A stretch of 43,640 nucleotides of DNA from Chrysochromulina tobinii (taxonomy: Eukaryota): assembly GCA_001275005.1 (NCBI GenBank), contig JWZX01003392.1:1-43640 (forward strand). Direction: 5' to 3'. Below, one piece after another: positions 31,519 through 42,387 of this stretch. The position numbers and the translations under genes are program-made. Under the pieces are notes generated by a model that had not been told where the DNA came from, ran no database searches, and saw only the letters and a list, made by a program, of their open reading frames with translations. The stretch's first letter is position 1, and every line of letters begins with the position of its first letter.

Positions 31519-31549
31519 GAATAGAACAGAAAGACCATTCTCTCCTTAC

Positions 31550-32920
31550 TCACTCTCCTTCTTCTCTCGCCCGCTTCCCTCCACGGCCTACCGGTGCTGT
31601 CACCTTCGTCAACTGCGCCTCGTAGTCTTCGTCGTTGGCTTTGCTCAGGCACAGGCGATCGGGCGTACCGGCCTCGGGCTGCTTCGGGAAGCCGTCCGGG
31701 TCGATGTGGCCGAAAGCTGCGGCCGCACGGAAAGCGCTCGAGCGCGCCCACAGGATAAGATTAAGACGCTGGCCCGCCTCGAGCTTCTCGGCGCCGTGGC
31801 GCTGCCTGCCCAGGTGCAGTACGGCTCGCCCCAAGCCATGGTGGACGACGCCAAGCGTCTGACGATGGAGTGCAGATCCAAATTGTCCGCAGAAGCGCAG
31901 GTCGCCGCCGCGGAAGTTGGCACGCCCCAAACACACGTTGAGTGTCACCTCGGACGCGTCGTGGCGCATGTCGAGCGACACGTCCGCGTTTGGAGCCTCG
32001 GCGTCGTACACGACGACGAACGAGTGATGATGGTCGAGAGTGCTTGCGAATGGTTCGCGAGAGTAGAGCCGCCGAGCGAGCGGCGCGACGAGCTGCGAGA
32101 GCACGCACGAGAGCAGCGGGCGCATCCCGATGTCGTTCACCACTAACCCGTACTTATTCATCGAGTTTGGCCGACGCCGCGGCAGCGCCGACGCCTCGAA
32201 AGCGTCCACCGCCGCGATGAGGGCTTCACACATGGTCGGTGTGAAGAGGTCGAAGGCGTAGACGCCACTCGAAAGCTCTTCGACCGCGCCAGACGCGAGC
32301 GCGTGCTCGCACGCCGCCGCCCACTCGGTGGCCGTCGCATCTCGCCTCGCAACGCTCTGGAACGTTGGTGCAAGCCATTCGGGGTGTAGCCAGGCCTCTG
32401 CCTCCTGCACGACGAGAGCCTTGCAGGGTGCTAGGGCCCGAAAGCTGTCGATGACAAACTGACGTTTACATGCGTGCTGCTGCGCCTCATTCCAGGCCGC
32501 ACGGCGCGCCTCGTCTTCTATACCCTCGCCTATGTGCTCGCCTCGCAGCCAAGACACGGCCCGAGCAGCAATCATGTGCAGAGTTGGTGTCGCTGGCAAG
32601 CCGCCCCAAAAGGTATCGTCGACTAATCCTGTATCGTCGACGCCGTGCATGTGGATACCGTCGAAGCGCACGCCCACCGGCGCGCGAGCAGGTGTGCCGA
32701 GCATGGCTGCGAGTGCTGCATCTTCGCCAACACCCTCGCCGCCAACAAAGAGCCGCCACTCCCTCGCGCTATAGCCCGGATTTGAACCCGCTCGTAGAAT
32801 GAGCTCAACTAGTCCGGCCGATACGGCCGCACACTTGACCACGCCTGTGAGCTCGTCAGCCATGAGCTCCGAGCACTGCTCGGCCAAGCGCAGCGAGAGC
32901 TCGTGCTGGTCGTCCTCCAT
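31550..32920 (-). CDS. 2OG-Fe(II) oxygenase, OGFOD2/ICU11-like
   Basis: RPNSMNKYG, LDHHHSFVVVY, DASEVTLNVCLG..F.GGDL.F, AVLHLGRQRHGA and RLNLILW. Confidence 0.88.
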   Translation of the reverse strand: MEDDQHELSLRLAEQCSELMADELTGVVKCAAVSAGLVELILRAGSNPGYSAREWRLFVGGEGVGEDAALAAMLGTPARAPVGVRFDGIHMHGVDDTGLVDDTFWGGLPATPTLHMIAARAVSWLRGEHIGEGIEDEARRAAWNEAQQHACKRQFVIDSFRALAPCKALVVQEAEAWLHPEWLAPTFQSVARRDATATEWAAACEHALASGAVEELSSGVYAFDLFTPTMCEALIAAVDAFEASALPRRRPNSMNKYGLVVNDIGMRPLLSCVLSQLVAPLARRLYSREPFASTLDHHHSFVVVYDAEAPNADVSLDMRHDASEVTLNVCLGRANFRGGDLRFCGQFGSALHRQTLGVVHHGLGRAVLHLGRQRHGAEKLEAGQRLNLILWARSSAFRAAAAFGHIDPDGFPKQPEAGTPDRLCLSKANDEDYEAQLTKVTAPVGRGGKRAREEGE

Positions 32921-33038
32921 GTCCTGAGTAAAAACCGCGTGAATATGTGGCTGTGAACTGACTCGCTGTTTACGTGTGTGTGTATTAATAATGAACATCA
33001 GCTAGAGTACGTACCCCTTCCCCTACCGAGTCAGACTG

Positions 33039-34231
33039 TCACCCTCTGCGCCCCTTGCCGCCCTTCGCCTGTTTGCTTTCTACGAAGCTCATGGTCTCCT
33101 CCTCGGTGGGGCACAGGGTGGCGCAGTGCAGGCAGCGGCACGTCTCCGTGGGTACGCGCCCGCGCGTCCACAACTGCGTGCGCGCCTTCGGCCCCGTGCA
33201 CGCATGCCCAGCGCACCAGAAGAACTTGGGCGGCGTAAGGAGGCAGGAGCAATTGAGGCCCCACTTATCATCCCCCGCGTAAGGGTGGCGCGACGGGTAG
33301 TGGCCCAGCTGTGAAGTTTCCGCGCCGCGCATGCATGCCTCGTCGGCCGACCGCAGAAAGTTGGTGGCGAGGCGTGAGGCGCCGCGGCCGGGGGCGGTGA
33401 GTGGCGGCAGTAGCGAAGCTGCTGATGGTGTGACAGGGTCCGTCTCGCTCAGCCGGCGAGCACTGACAAAGGCATCGAGAACACTCGCTCGGCGGCTGGC
33501 ATACTCCTGGGAGGTCACTGCTCCCTCATTCCGCAGACGCGCAAGCGTGTGCAGCAAGGCGCGCGTATTCCCAACGCTCGTGTGCGCGGTGCCACCAACC
33601 GGCCGCCGCGTCTGGCTCTCCGCCGTGTCTGGCTCTGCTGCCGCCGCTGCTGCTCCCGCCGCCGCCGCCGCCGACACCGCAGCGGTGAGCTGCTGATCGT
33701 ACGTCACATCGGCCACGTGGCGGAGCATGCGTGCACGTCGGTCGGCGATCTCCGCCGGGGAGATCGCCCGGAGCCGATTCAGCAGTGCAACAGGGTTGTT
33801 GATAAAAGTCTGCTGCTCCACGCGCACCCAGAAGCGGCTGTACGGCACGCGCGAGGCGAAAGCGCCTGCGAGCTGGTTGGCGATGACGACAGGCACGCAG
33901 CCGGCGGCCATGGCGGAGTACAATCTCGAGCTCACCTCGTTGTCGCCCGCCGGAACCAAACAGAAGCGCGAGCTCGCAAGCTGTTCGCCTGCCGTCCGGT
34001 AGAGTTCCTTCTCCTCCGCGGGCGTGCTGCCCGGCATCGAGCGGCTGCTGCTCAGCCCACGTGCCACATGGCGCACACTCGTGTCATTGGGCGAGGCACC
34101 GACAAGCTCGCGCATCGCACGGCGGATCGACTTGCCCGGTTCACAGCACACGTCGAGCGAGCCTGTGAATGAGAGCAGCCAGGGCCGTCGCCCTCCGTGC
34201 ACGCTGCCCACGCCCTCGCCATTGCTGGGGT

Positions 34232-34264
<33 letters not shown>

Positions 34265-35038
34265 TGCTGATCCTCCTGCTGCTGCCCGCGCGTCTGCTCT
34301 CGCCGATGCCGCTATGGGCCGTGCTGCTTGCCGCGGAAGGTCTGGCGAGCAAGCGCCGCGCCTGCTGGCCGTGCGGATTGGACACGTACGGTAGCTCGAC
34401 GGTACAGCGGCCCACCGCATTTGCCGCGTAGAAGGACGAATCTGCGAGCACGAGAGCACGAGCAGAGAGGATGACGAAGAGGGGCACGAGTAGGGGCACG
34501 TGAGCATGTGCTGGGCACGTAAGCAATTGCAGAGCAGGGGAATGCACGTTCGCCAGCGATCGATCGCACATGCGCGGTCACGGCCCACAATCGATGCGGC
34601 TAGCAGCTTAGAGAGCGCATTCGTCAGCCGCTCCGCGATCCGTTCGCCTCTCTCGATGCAGCCCGTGCTCGCAATCAAGTGGTCGTACCCAAGCGGCTGG
34701 TTGGCAAGTCGAGGCTTGCGGTAGCTGGGCGAACTGCGCAATGCGGCCGCGGCCCTAGCCATGCGCTGCCTATGTGTCGTGCCATTGCACCGATCCACGT
34801 TGAAGCTCACAATTTCCCAGATGGGAACAAAGAAGAGCGTCGCTTCAGATGGGGAGCGAGTCCGCCATGGGTGCTCAGCGAGTGAGTCACGCAAGTACAC
34901 CTCGCCTAGCCGCTCGTTGTATGCGGAGTGCTGCATGAGCTCGAAGCCCGGGCAGAGGCGAAGGTAGCCGTGATCTAGCTCCGGACCCTCGTACATGAAG
35001 AAGCGGACCGGCGCCTGCCGCACGAAGCGGACGGCCAT
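33039..35038 (-). CDS. exostosin-like glycosyltransferase GT47 (intron 34442-34569)
   Basis: HPWRTRSPSEATLFFVPIW, spliced DRAYSSFY..ELPYVSN, LLSFTGS and SRFCLVPAGDNEVSSRLYSAMAAGCVPVVI. Confidence 0.9.
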
Positions 35039-35244
35039 ATGCGTTGTGAACGCTCACAGTTCTTCGTGAATAGCCTCACGGCTTGTGCAATGCATCCTCA
35101 TGGTGTCTCACAAATGAATTGCATGCATTGTTCTTCCCCAATGTATTTTTTTCGACCCTTTTTGTGCACCTTGAGTGCGCTGCGCACTAGGGCGCGTGCG
35201 ACCGCGCAGCAGCATAATCAGCGACCTTGGCCTCGTGCGAACGC

Positions 35245-38041
35245 ATGGTCAGCTGGGCCCAGCCTCAGTTTCAGCTCTTCGGCGCCGGTATTTGTACTTT
35301 CGCCGTGGCCTCGTATGCCAAGATCCGTATTGCGGCCACTGGGTGCGACGAGTGCGAAGGAACGTGTCTCGAGGGCCTCGCCGACTGGCGCGCACAGTCG
35401 GGTGCGCCGCGCTTGTGCCGTGCATATCAGTGTGGAAAAGCTTACTGCGTCCTCTTCGACTCGATGCCCAACGCCGCGCTGCAGCCCAGTGTCGTTGATG
35501 CCGTGCCAGTGGACACGCTGTGCGTCCGCCGCAGCGCAAATCTCACGGAGGCGCCGCTCCCGCCGCACCCACCCTCAACGCCGCCACCGCCTTCGCCTCT
35601 CATGGCGCTCGCATGCAACGGCCGCATCGAGCTGAAATTCCCTGCGATGGAGCAGCTTGCAGCGCTCAGCGAGGACGCGGACGTGACTCAGTTGCCCGAG
35701 GCTTTTGTGGCAGGCCGGCGCCGGTGCGATGCCTCCTCGTTTGATTGGTACGAGGGTCTCTATACCCTCGACAGCGACGGGCGGCTTGCGGGTACGAGTG
35801 CGAGCGCGTCCCGACCGCTGCTCGTGGGCGGCAAAGCCGCTGGCAATGCCTACCTGTGGTGGCGGCCGAGCGGCAACTGGTCTCGCACAGATCTGGATCG
35901 ACCTCAAGACCTCGCCGGATGGGTGGTTACGGATGAGGCACCCGCGCTCGCGCCGGCGGCTACGCGCAAGCAGCCCAGACCGGCTGCTCCCTCCAAGCCA
36001 GCAGCCGCTGGGTGCACGCGAGGCTGTGTACCACATGCCAGCCTTCACAGCGGGTCGTATGCCCACGAGTGCCATGGGCTCATTGTGGTGGGCTGGGTGC
36101 GGCGAGCATGTATGGGGCGTCGTGACTTGTGGCTCGGCGGCTGTCCCGCAGCTCCTCAACCCGCCGCCCGAATGGGACGTGGCCCGCCCCCCGCAGGTTG
36201 GGTGTGGCAGCGTGCAGCTCTGGTGGGCACGCTTTCCAGGCGCCCGTGCCGCCGAGGAGATAGCATACCAGGTCTTCTTTGCGCCGACGCCCGCGCCCGA
36301 GCTGCCGGCCGCACCGCCTCTGCAGCGCGAGCAGATGGAGCACGCAGGCACGACCGCCGAGCCCTCGTTCCGGCTGGTGGGTCTGCAGCCGGCGCGCAAG
36401 TACACGGTGCGCGTCGCGGTCAACCGAGGCGGCCAATGGAGCGCGCTGAGCTCGCCACTTGAGCTCACGACCCTTTCTCTCAGCCAGGGTGCTCGACACG
36501 CCACCGAGCTGCTTGAGCTCACACCAGGGGCACCTGCGCTGATGAATGCGCAAGCCGAGGATGGCACGTGCTCGCGGCTGGGCCCGGTCGAGCTTGGTGC
36601 ACTGCCAGACTGCCACGGGGAGACCGACTTCCAGTCCATTGAGCTCACGTGGGCGATGGGCGACGGCACGTGGAGCCGATGGATCACCGCCAGCGTGCGC
36701 GTGCTCGAGCCTCGCATACATCTGCCGCTCGATGTGCTTCCAGAGGGAGTGCACCCGCTGCGACTGTACCGGCTGCGGGCCGTGTTGCATTCGGACGTGC
36801 GCCTGGTAGGCCAGCCCACGCGGCCTATGCTGGTCGACGAGGCGCACTCGTTGCTCGGCTCTCGCCATTGGCCTTTCCCCACAGTGGAGCCGACCACAGT
36901 TGAGACACCGGAGGAGCCGGCCGTGTCCGTCCTGTTCGTGCCGTCCGTTCGAGCGCTCTCCTCCGCTTCCTTTGAGGTGGCGCTGCCCTCGCCGCAGTCC
37001 GAGTGCCAGCGAGGTCTGATCTGGGCTCTCAAGTGGTCACTCCGGACGGACGAGGACGAAGAGCACTCGGCGATCGAGGGGATCTCCGAGGAGATCTCCG
37101 GGGAGACCTTGTGGTTGCCACTGCCACGCCACGGCCTGTCGGTGCTCGAGCCCCTCGCTAGCTCCGACGGCGGCCCGACTGGGCTCGTGGTCAAGGCGCT
37201 TCGCTGCCCGAGCGGATGCACCTTCCAGCTGCTTCCGCACAACGTGCCTGGTTGGAGCACGCCATCGGCGCCGACGGACCCGATCCGATCGCTGCCCCTG
37301 CCTCCTCGCCCTCCAGACACGGCCGTCTTTGAGCTCCAATTCCGCCCTCAGTTCAAGGGTGGCCAAGCAGCTCCGCCAGTCACAGCGCCCGATCAGGATC
37401 GTGCCAGGGAGCAGGCTCTCATGGCTACCCTGCGCGAGGCACTCGGGTTGCGCGACGAAGAGCTGCACGTGCTGGAATCGCGCTTTGGAGCCGAGTACAT
37501 TGTCCTCGCAGTGCCCAAGGTACACGCAACTCACGTTGTTGCCACGCTGCTCGCGCTGCTCGACAAGGCTGCTGCAGAGGCTGCCGAGGGGCTGTCCGAA
37601 GCACGCGCAGCCCAGGGCACCTCGGGAGAGACGGCGAGGCTAGCACTAGCACAGGAGATGGCACCGCAGGGCGTCCTCCTCGAAATTCTGACCGATGGCG
37701 GCGCTGTCCGTTGCGTGGCGGTTCAGGAACGCGAGAGCAGGTTGTTAGTCTGGGCCCATCTGGCCGCTGTCCTCGCAGCTCTCACAGCGTTAGCAATGGG
37801 GTCGCGCTGGGCGTGGGCATGCGCGGCTGAGCGGAAGGGGCCATGGCAGAGCCGGCTTGCTGGGTATGGCTCGGTGCGCCCGCTCGAGCTACTTCCCGAC
37901 GAGGAGATCGAGATGAGGAGTGGCATGGATGCGTGTGAGGCTGCCGATGAGCAGGCCGAGGACGGCCTCGACGAACACGGCGCAGAAGAGGAGAAGGCTG
38001 GTCAAGAGGGTCGGTCGGTCCTCGGTCGGTCGCCGCTGTGA
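35245..38041 (+). CDS. type I membrane protein with Cys-rich N-terminal module and fibronectin type III domain(s); apparent frameshift ~35940-35975
   Basis: PAN/apple-like Cys pattern in ORF 35227. FN3 motif FRLVGLQPARKYTVRVAVNRGGQWSALS and TM LLVWAHLAAVLAALTALAM lie in the overlapping ORF 35705-38041. Confidence 0.7.
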
Positions 38042-38559
38042 GCCCCTGATGCCGTGTGGTAGCCGTGTGGTAGCCGTGTTGTACATGTATGGTTACATCT
38101 ATGCATCCGTTGCATGCCTTCGGAGAATCATACATCCCTTCCAGGCTCCAGACGAGCTGCTATAAGTGGGTGTTTCTCGGCCAAGCTCCCGGTGCGACGA
38201 GGGGACGCCATAATTGTGCATTGATTTCGTACCTTGGGAGGAGTGCACGGCCCCAGCCCCAGCTCCGGCCAGACCCAGATTCATCACGGAGCACACGTCC
38301 TCTCAACTGACGTGAGGTGAGTACAAAGTGACGCGGTACATGTGTGTGTGGCCTGTGGGTCTCGGTGTCCGGGGTGTGACGGGTCGCGTGTTTCAACGTG
38401 CTAATCCGCGCCGGTCGAAAACCGGCCACCACGGCGCCGCGGTACGCGCCGGGTGGTCGTGAGTATGAGCGAGTTCACAACGACGCGAGACGCGCGAGAC
38501 GCGGCAAATCATAGCACGAGCACGTACGGTTAAGTACGGTTGACACTACAGTGCTTTGA

Positions 38560-40017
38560 CTACCACAACACATCGTCCTCATCGGCCACGCGGCCACAGC
38601 ATGTGGCGCGCATGGTGTGCCTGCCACCGCCGCGTCGGCCCCCGTCAGAGGCCTGTGCCCCCCAGCCACGTCGCCCTCGGCCGGCAGGCGGACGCGCATG
38701 AACGCCGATTTTTCTTTTGCCTGCGCGCGCGCTGCAGCAGCCGCAGACGAGCACGGAGCAGCCCAGCACCACCAGAAGCGCCAGGGCGAGCGAGCCGTAC
38801 CCAAGGAGCTTCCCAACGGCATCGTCCGCCACCTCCGCAGCCATGAATGCGGGCACGGTGATGGGAGTCGTGGGGTCGACTACAGCGCCTTTTGTCGACT
38901 GCTCCACAGCTCCGGCGAGGCTGCTCCCAGCCGCGCCTTCGGCGGCGTCGCCCGGCGGTAACGTGGGAGGGGGCGGCGGGGGAGGCGGCGGCGGAGGGGG
39001 CAGGATGACTGGTGGCGGTGTCAGCCGCGGTGGCGGCCGCCGCGGCACAGGCGGCGGCGGCAGTGGCGGCGGCGACATGAAGCGCGCACCTTGGAAGAGG
39101 ACGACGAAGGGGGGCGGCGGTGAGGCGAACCGGTGAGGCGGCGGCGGCGGCGGTGGGGAGCGCGCCGTCGGCGGAGGAGGCGGCATGACCCGCGCGGGTA
39201 GCGCTTGCCGAAGGCTCTCGACGGACGCGCTTGAGTAGGCGGACTCGTAGCTCACACGGGCAAGCTCCAGGTGCGCAGCGCCCAGGAAGACCGAGGGCAC
39301 GTTCTTGGGACGCAGGATGACCCGTATGGACATCGGCTCCCACGGCACAGTGCGCTCGGCCACCCCTCGAATCTGGTGAACGAGCTCGGCGTCGATGAGC
39401 CAGTCCATACCAACGTCGCGCCACCGGATGGTGTAATTGTGCAAGCCCTGCGTCAGGTCGGTGCGGTACCGCTTCGCCGTGCGGTGCATCGTGTCATCAT
39501 ACCAGAATGCCATATGCACCTCCCGCCCGTCGTTGGCCGGAAAGCACCATGCCAACTCGTTGTGCGTGAGGCTGCCGTGCACAAAGGTCGAGAGGCACGT
39601 GAAAGAGTTGGCAGGCGGTGCGGAGCCGTCTGGTGTATGGTGAATGCGCGCGCGCCACTCAAAGTCGCCATAGGAGAATGTGGCCCACGATGCCAGATGG
39701 CCGACTGCAATTTCTGCGCCATTGCCGCACGTAGGATGGTCATCCATCTTGATCCTCAAGCCGCGCTCGCCCGTTGCCTGGTCCAGCATCACGCCGTACT
39801 CGAGGTGCGATGACTCCATGCAGGCGCGCGTGCCGTCGGTGAGCAGGCTTCCATGGCCCTCCTCAAAAATGGCCATGGAAGCCTCGCGGCTTGAAAAGTC
39901 CAAGTTGAATTGCGTACCACTGCCCAGCCGCCGTCTAGCACGGCGTGCCGAGTGCAGCCATTGCTGGAGCCAACTATCAATGAGGCGAACTGCAGTTGTC
40001 AACACGTCCCAGTCCAT
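38560..40017 (-). CDS. GH16 (beta-glucanase fold) domain + polyproline stalk + TM helix; atypical active site
   Basis: FSYGDFEWRAR, LHNYTIRW..MDWLID and VPWEPMSIRVIL, followed by poly-Pro and TM LLGYGSLALALLVVLGCSVLVCGCC. Start uncertain. Confidence 0.82.
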   Translation of the reverse strand: MDWDVLTTAVRLIDSWLQQWLHSARRARRRLGSGTQFNLDFSSREASMAIFEEGHGSLLTDGTRACMESSHLEYGVMLDQATGERGLRIKMDDHPTCGNGAEIAVGHLASWATFSYGDFEWRARIHHTPDGSAPPANSFTCLSTFVHGSLTHNELAWCFPANDGREVHMAFWYDDTMHRTAKRYRTDLTQGLHNYTIRWRDVGMDWLIDAELVHQIRGVAERTVPWEPMSIRVILRPKNVPSVFLGAAHLELARVSYESAYSSASVESLRQALPARVMPPPPPTARSPPPPPPPHRFASPPPPFVVLFQGARFMSPPPLPPPPVPRRPPPRLTPPPVILPPPPPPPPPPPPTLPPGDAAEGAAGSSLAGAVEQSTKGAVVDPTTPITVPAFMAAEVADDAVGKLLGYGSLALALLVVLGCSVLVCGCCSARAGKRKIGVHARPPAGRGRRGWGAQASDGGRRGGGRHTMRATCCGRVADEDDVLW

Positions 40018-40294
40018 CAATTGCCACCACCAGTCCGCCGACGACGGAGCACAAGCTGGCGCAATTCGCCGAAAACGCTCAACGCGACGTTTCGTGAGAC
40101 GCACATGGAATGTGGAAGCGGCGCTTCGGTACGCCCCCCAACTCCCAAACGGAAAATGGTGGCGGTCTCGAGTACTGTAAGCGTTCCTCTCTTTCGGCGC
40201 GTCGCCTTGGGCGCCACGGATTTCTGCCGCTCGTGCGTACCCTGCGCGCGCTCCTGTGACCAGCACCTATCGCGACGGAGGTTCGACACCTGAA

Positions 40295-41802
40295 ATGCAG
40301 TTCGCTTTGGGCGCTGCAGGAGTGGGTGCCGCTATGTGGAAAAAAAAGCAGCGTGAGCGGGAGGCGGATGAATACGGCGATGGCGGCGATTGGGGAGATT
40401 CTGGTCGCCCGTATGGTGGTGGCCCGTTTGGCGATGGCAGTGGCTTCGCTTCGGGTGGTGGCATCGCGCACATGGGTGGCATGGGAATGGGTGGCCGCGG
40501 CATGGGAATGGGCGGCCGCGGCGGCATGGGTATGGGCGGCGGTCGCGGCCGCGGTCGCGGCGGGTTAGACTATTCGGAGCTGGAGGCGGTCATGGAGCGC
40601 TTCCTTTGGCAATCGTACCCGCAGCACCTCCAGAACACTCTCTTCCACGCTGAGCGCCTCGACCCGCTGCGCAAGAAGACGCTGCAGCAGCGGCTTGAGC
40701 AGGCGTACGAGTTCAAGGGGCGTGGCGACGCCAAGGTGGAGGACCAAAAGTATCGGGACGCGATCATCCAGTATGAGTATGCGTACGGCCTCTTCAAGTA
40801 CTGCGAGAAGAGAGACCGCAAGATCACGATGAAGGACGATGCCAAGTCAGCGCGCGAGATGCGCGCCGAGGAGCTCGCCAGGGCCACAAGCTCGAGGACA
40901 ATCAACTCACGCGCTTCTGGCTGCAAGTGGATGAGATGCTCACCTCATGCTGCGTGATGATCGCAATGTGCAAGGCCAACCTCAAGAACCCCGCTTACGA
41001 GGACGCGCTGGCCGCGGTGAACGAGGCGCTCGAGATCAAGCCACATCACGCGCCCGCCTACTTTCGCCGCTCGCAGATCCACGAGAAGCTCGAGATGTGG
41101 TCGGAGGCTGTCGACGACGCGCGCAACGCCTACCGGTACGCTCCCGAGGACTTCAAGTTCGACCTGTGGAAGCATCGGGAGCATATGGTCCAGCTCCGTC
41201 GGGAAGCCTCCTTCTTCTGGACTGCCGTCGGCTTCGTTGCCGACGCGCCGTACAACCTGGCCACGCTACCCTGGAGACTGCTCACCATGTCGGCCTACAA
41301 GCAGGCGCTCCTCGTGCTCGCGCTGGCTCTCGCGCTGGGCGCAAAGCTCTACGGGCAGACCCCCGAGGGTGCTGCCCATCTCTCGCAGCTGAACGCAGGG
41401 GGCACCGCCGCGCTCTCGCTCGCGAGCACCCGGATGAGCAGCACTTTCCATCTCGTGACTGCCCAGGGCGGCGCCGTCCTGTCGTACATGACAGCTCCGC
41501 TCCGGCAGCTCTGGCACCTCCGCTCGGGCAAGAGCAAGGGCACGGGCGACGACGGCACGGTCGGAGCAGAGGCCGCGAAAGCCTCCACCCAAGCTGAGCA
41601 AAAAGCGGAGGCCATGCACGCTGCGCCAGCTCCAGCCGTCGCCGTGGCAGATGTGAACGGCAACGCGCCGCCGCCCAAGAAGCGGCGAGGCATAGGCAGC
41701 GCGATCAAGAATACCTTCACCCTCGGAGGACTCATCGGCGGCAAGCAGGTTCCTGTCAAACGTGTGCCCGAGGGCAGTCAGTCTGGGCAAGGCTGGTCGT
41801 GA
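40295..41802 (+). CDS. TPR-domain membrane protein with Gly/RGG-rich N-terminus; apparent 1-nt deletion at ~40877-40883
   Basis: TPR1 (FKGRGDAKVEDQKYRDAIIQY) lies in ORF 40256. TPR2-3 (YEDALAAVNEALEIKPHHAPAYFRR) and hydrophobic segments lie in ORF 40927. Confidence 0.75.
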
Positions 41803-42248
41803 ATGCATGCGTGCATGTTGAGGCGTGATCGATCGGTGTCTCGGCTGACCTTGATTGCCGAGCTCCGAGCCAAGGTCGCGGAGCGAGATCGCCAAATGGA
41901 CGATATTGACAGCCATCAACACGGCCTACACGGGTCTCGGCCCATCGGCCGTTGCATGCCGCGCGGCGTTGCTTTGAGGTTGGATGGAAACGGTAGGGCA
42001 ATAGCTATCGATTTGACGTAGCCGCTAGAGCGGCCGCGCGTACCATCGGCAATCGATTCTGCTCTTTACCGTTCCGACTTCTGGTTCTGCTACGAGAGAG
42101 AGAGTGCCGCTGCGACGGGTCGGACCTCCACTGGTGCTCTTTAAGCAACTTTTTAGTGCGGCGCGCGAGAGAGGGAGCCCGCCGTAACCTGAGAGTGATG
42201 GAGGAGCTGTAGGGAGAGGGGAGGGGCGAGCGTGGGGGGACCGCGAAG

Positions 42249-42272
42249 AAACTGAAACTGAAACTGAAACTG
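42249..42272. repeat. (AAACTG)4 microsatellite
   Basis: aaactgaaactgaaactgaaactg. Confidence 0.85.
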
Positions 42273-42387
42273 TGACCTGACTTAAACAACGGAAGCTGTG
42301 AAAGGAAGCGCCGGGGTATGGCGACTCTGATCCGTGTCTGTGAGCGCGGTACACGTTGCATGTCGCGAGCATTAGAATGAAGCGGCT

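Noticed and set aside
40270..40300. GGTTCGA T-loop-like motif (also near 25057)
   Set aside because: No cloverleaf or acceptor stem can be built.
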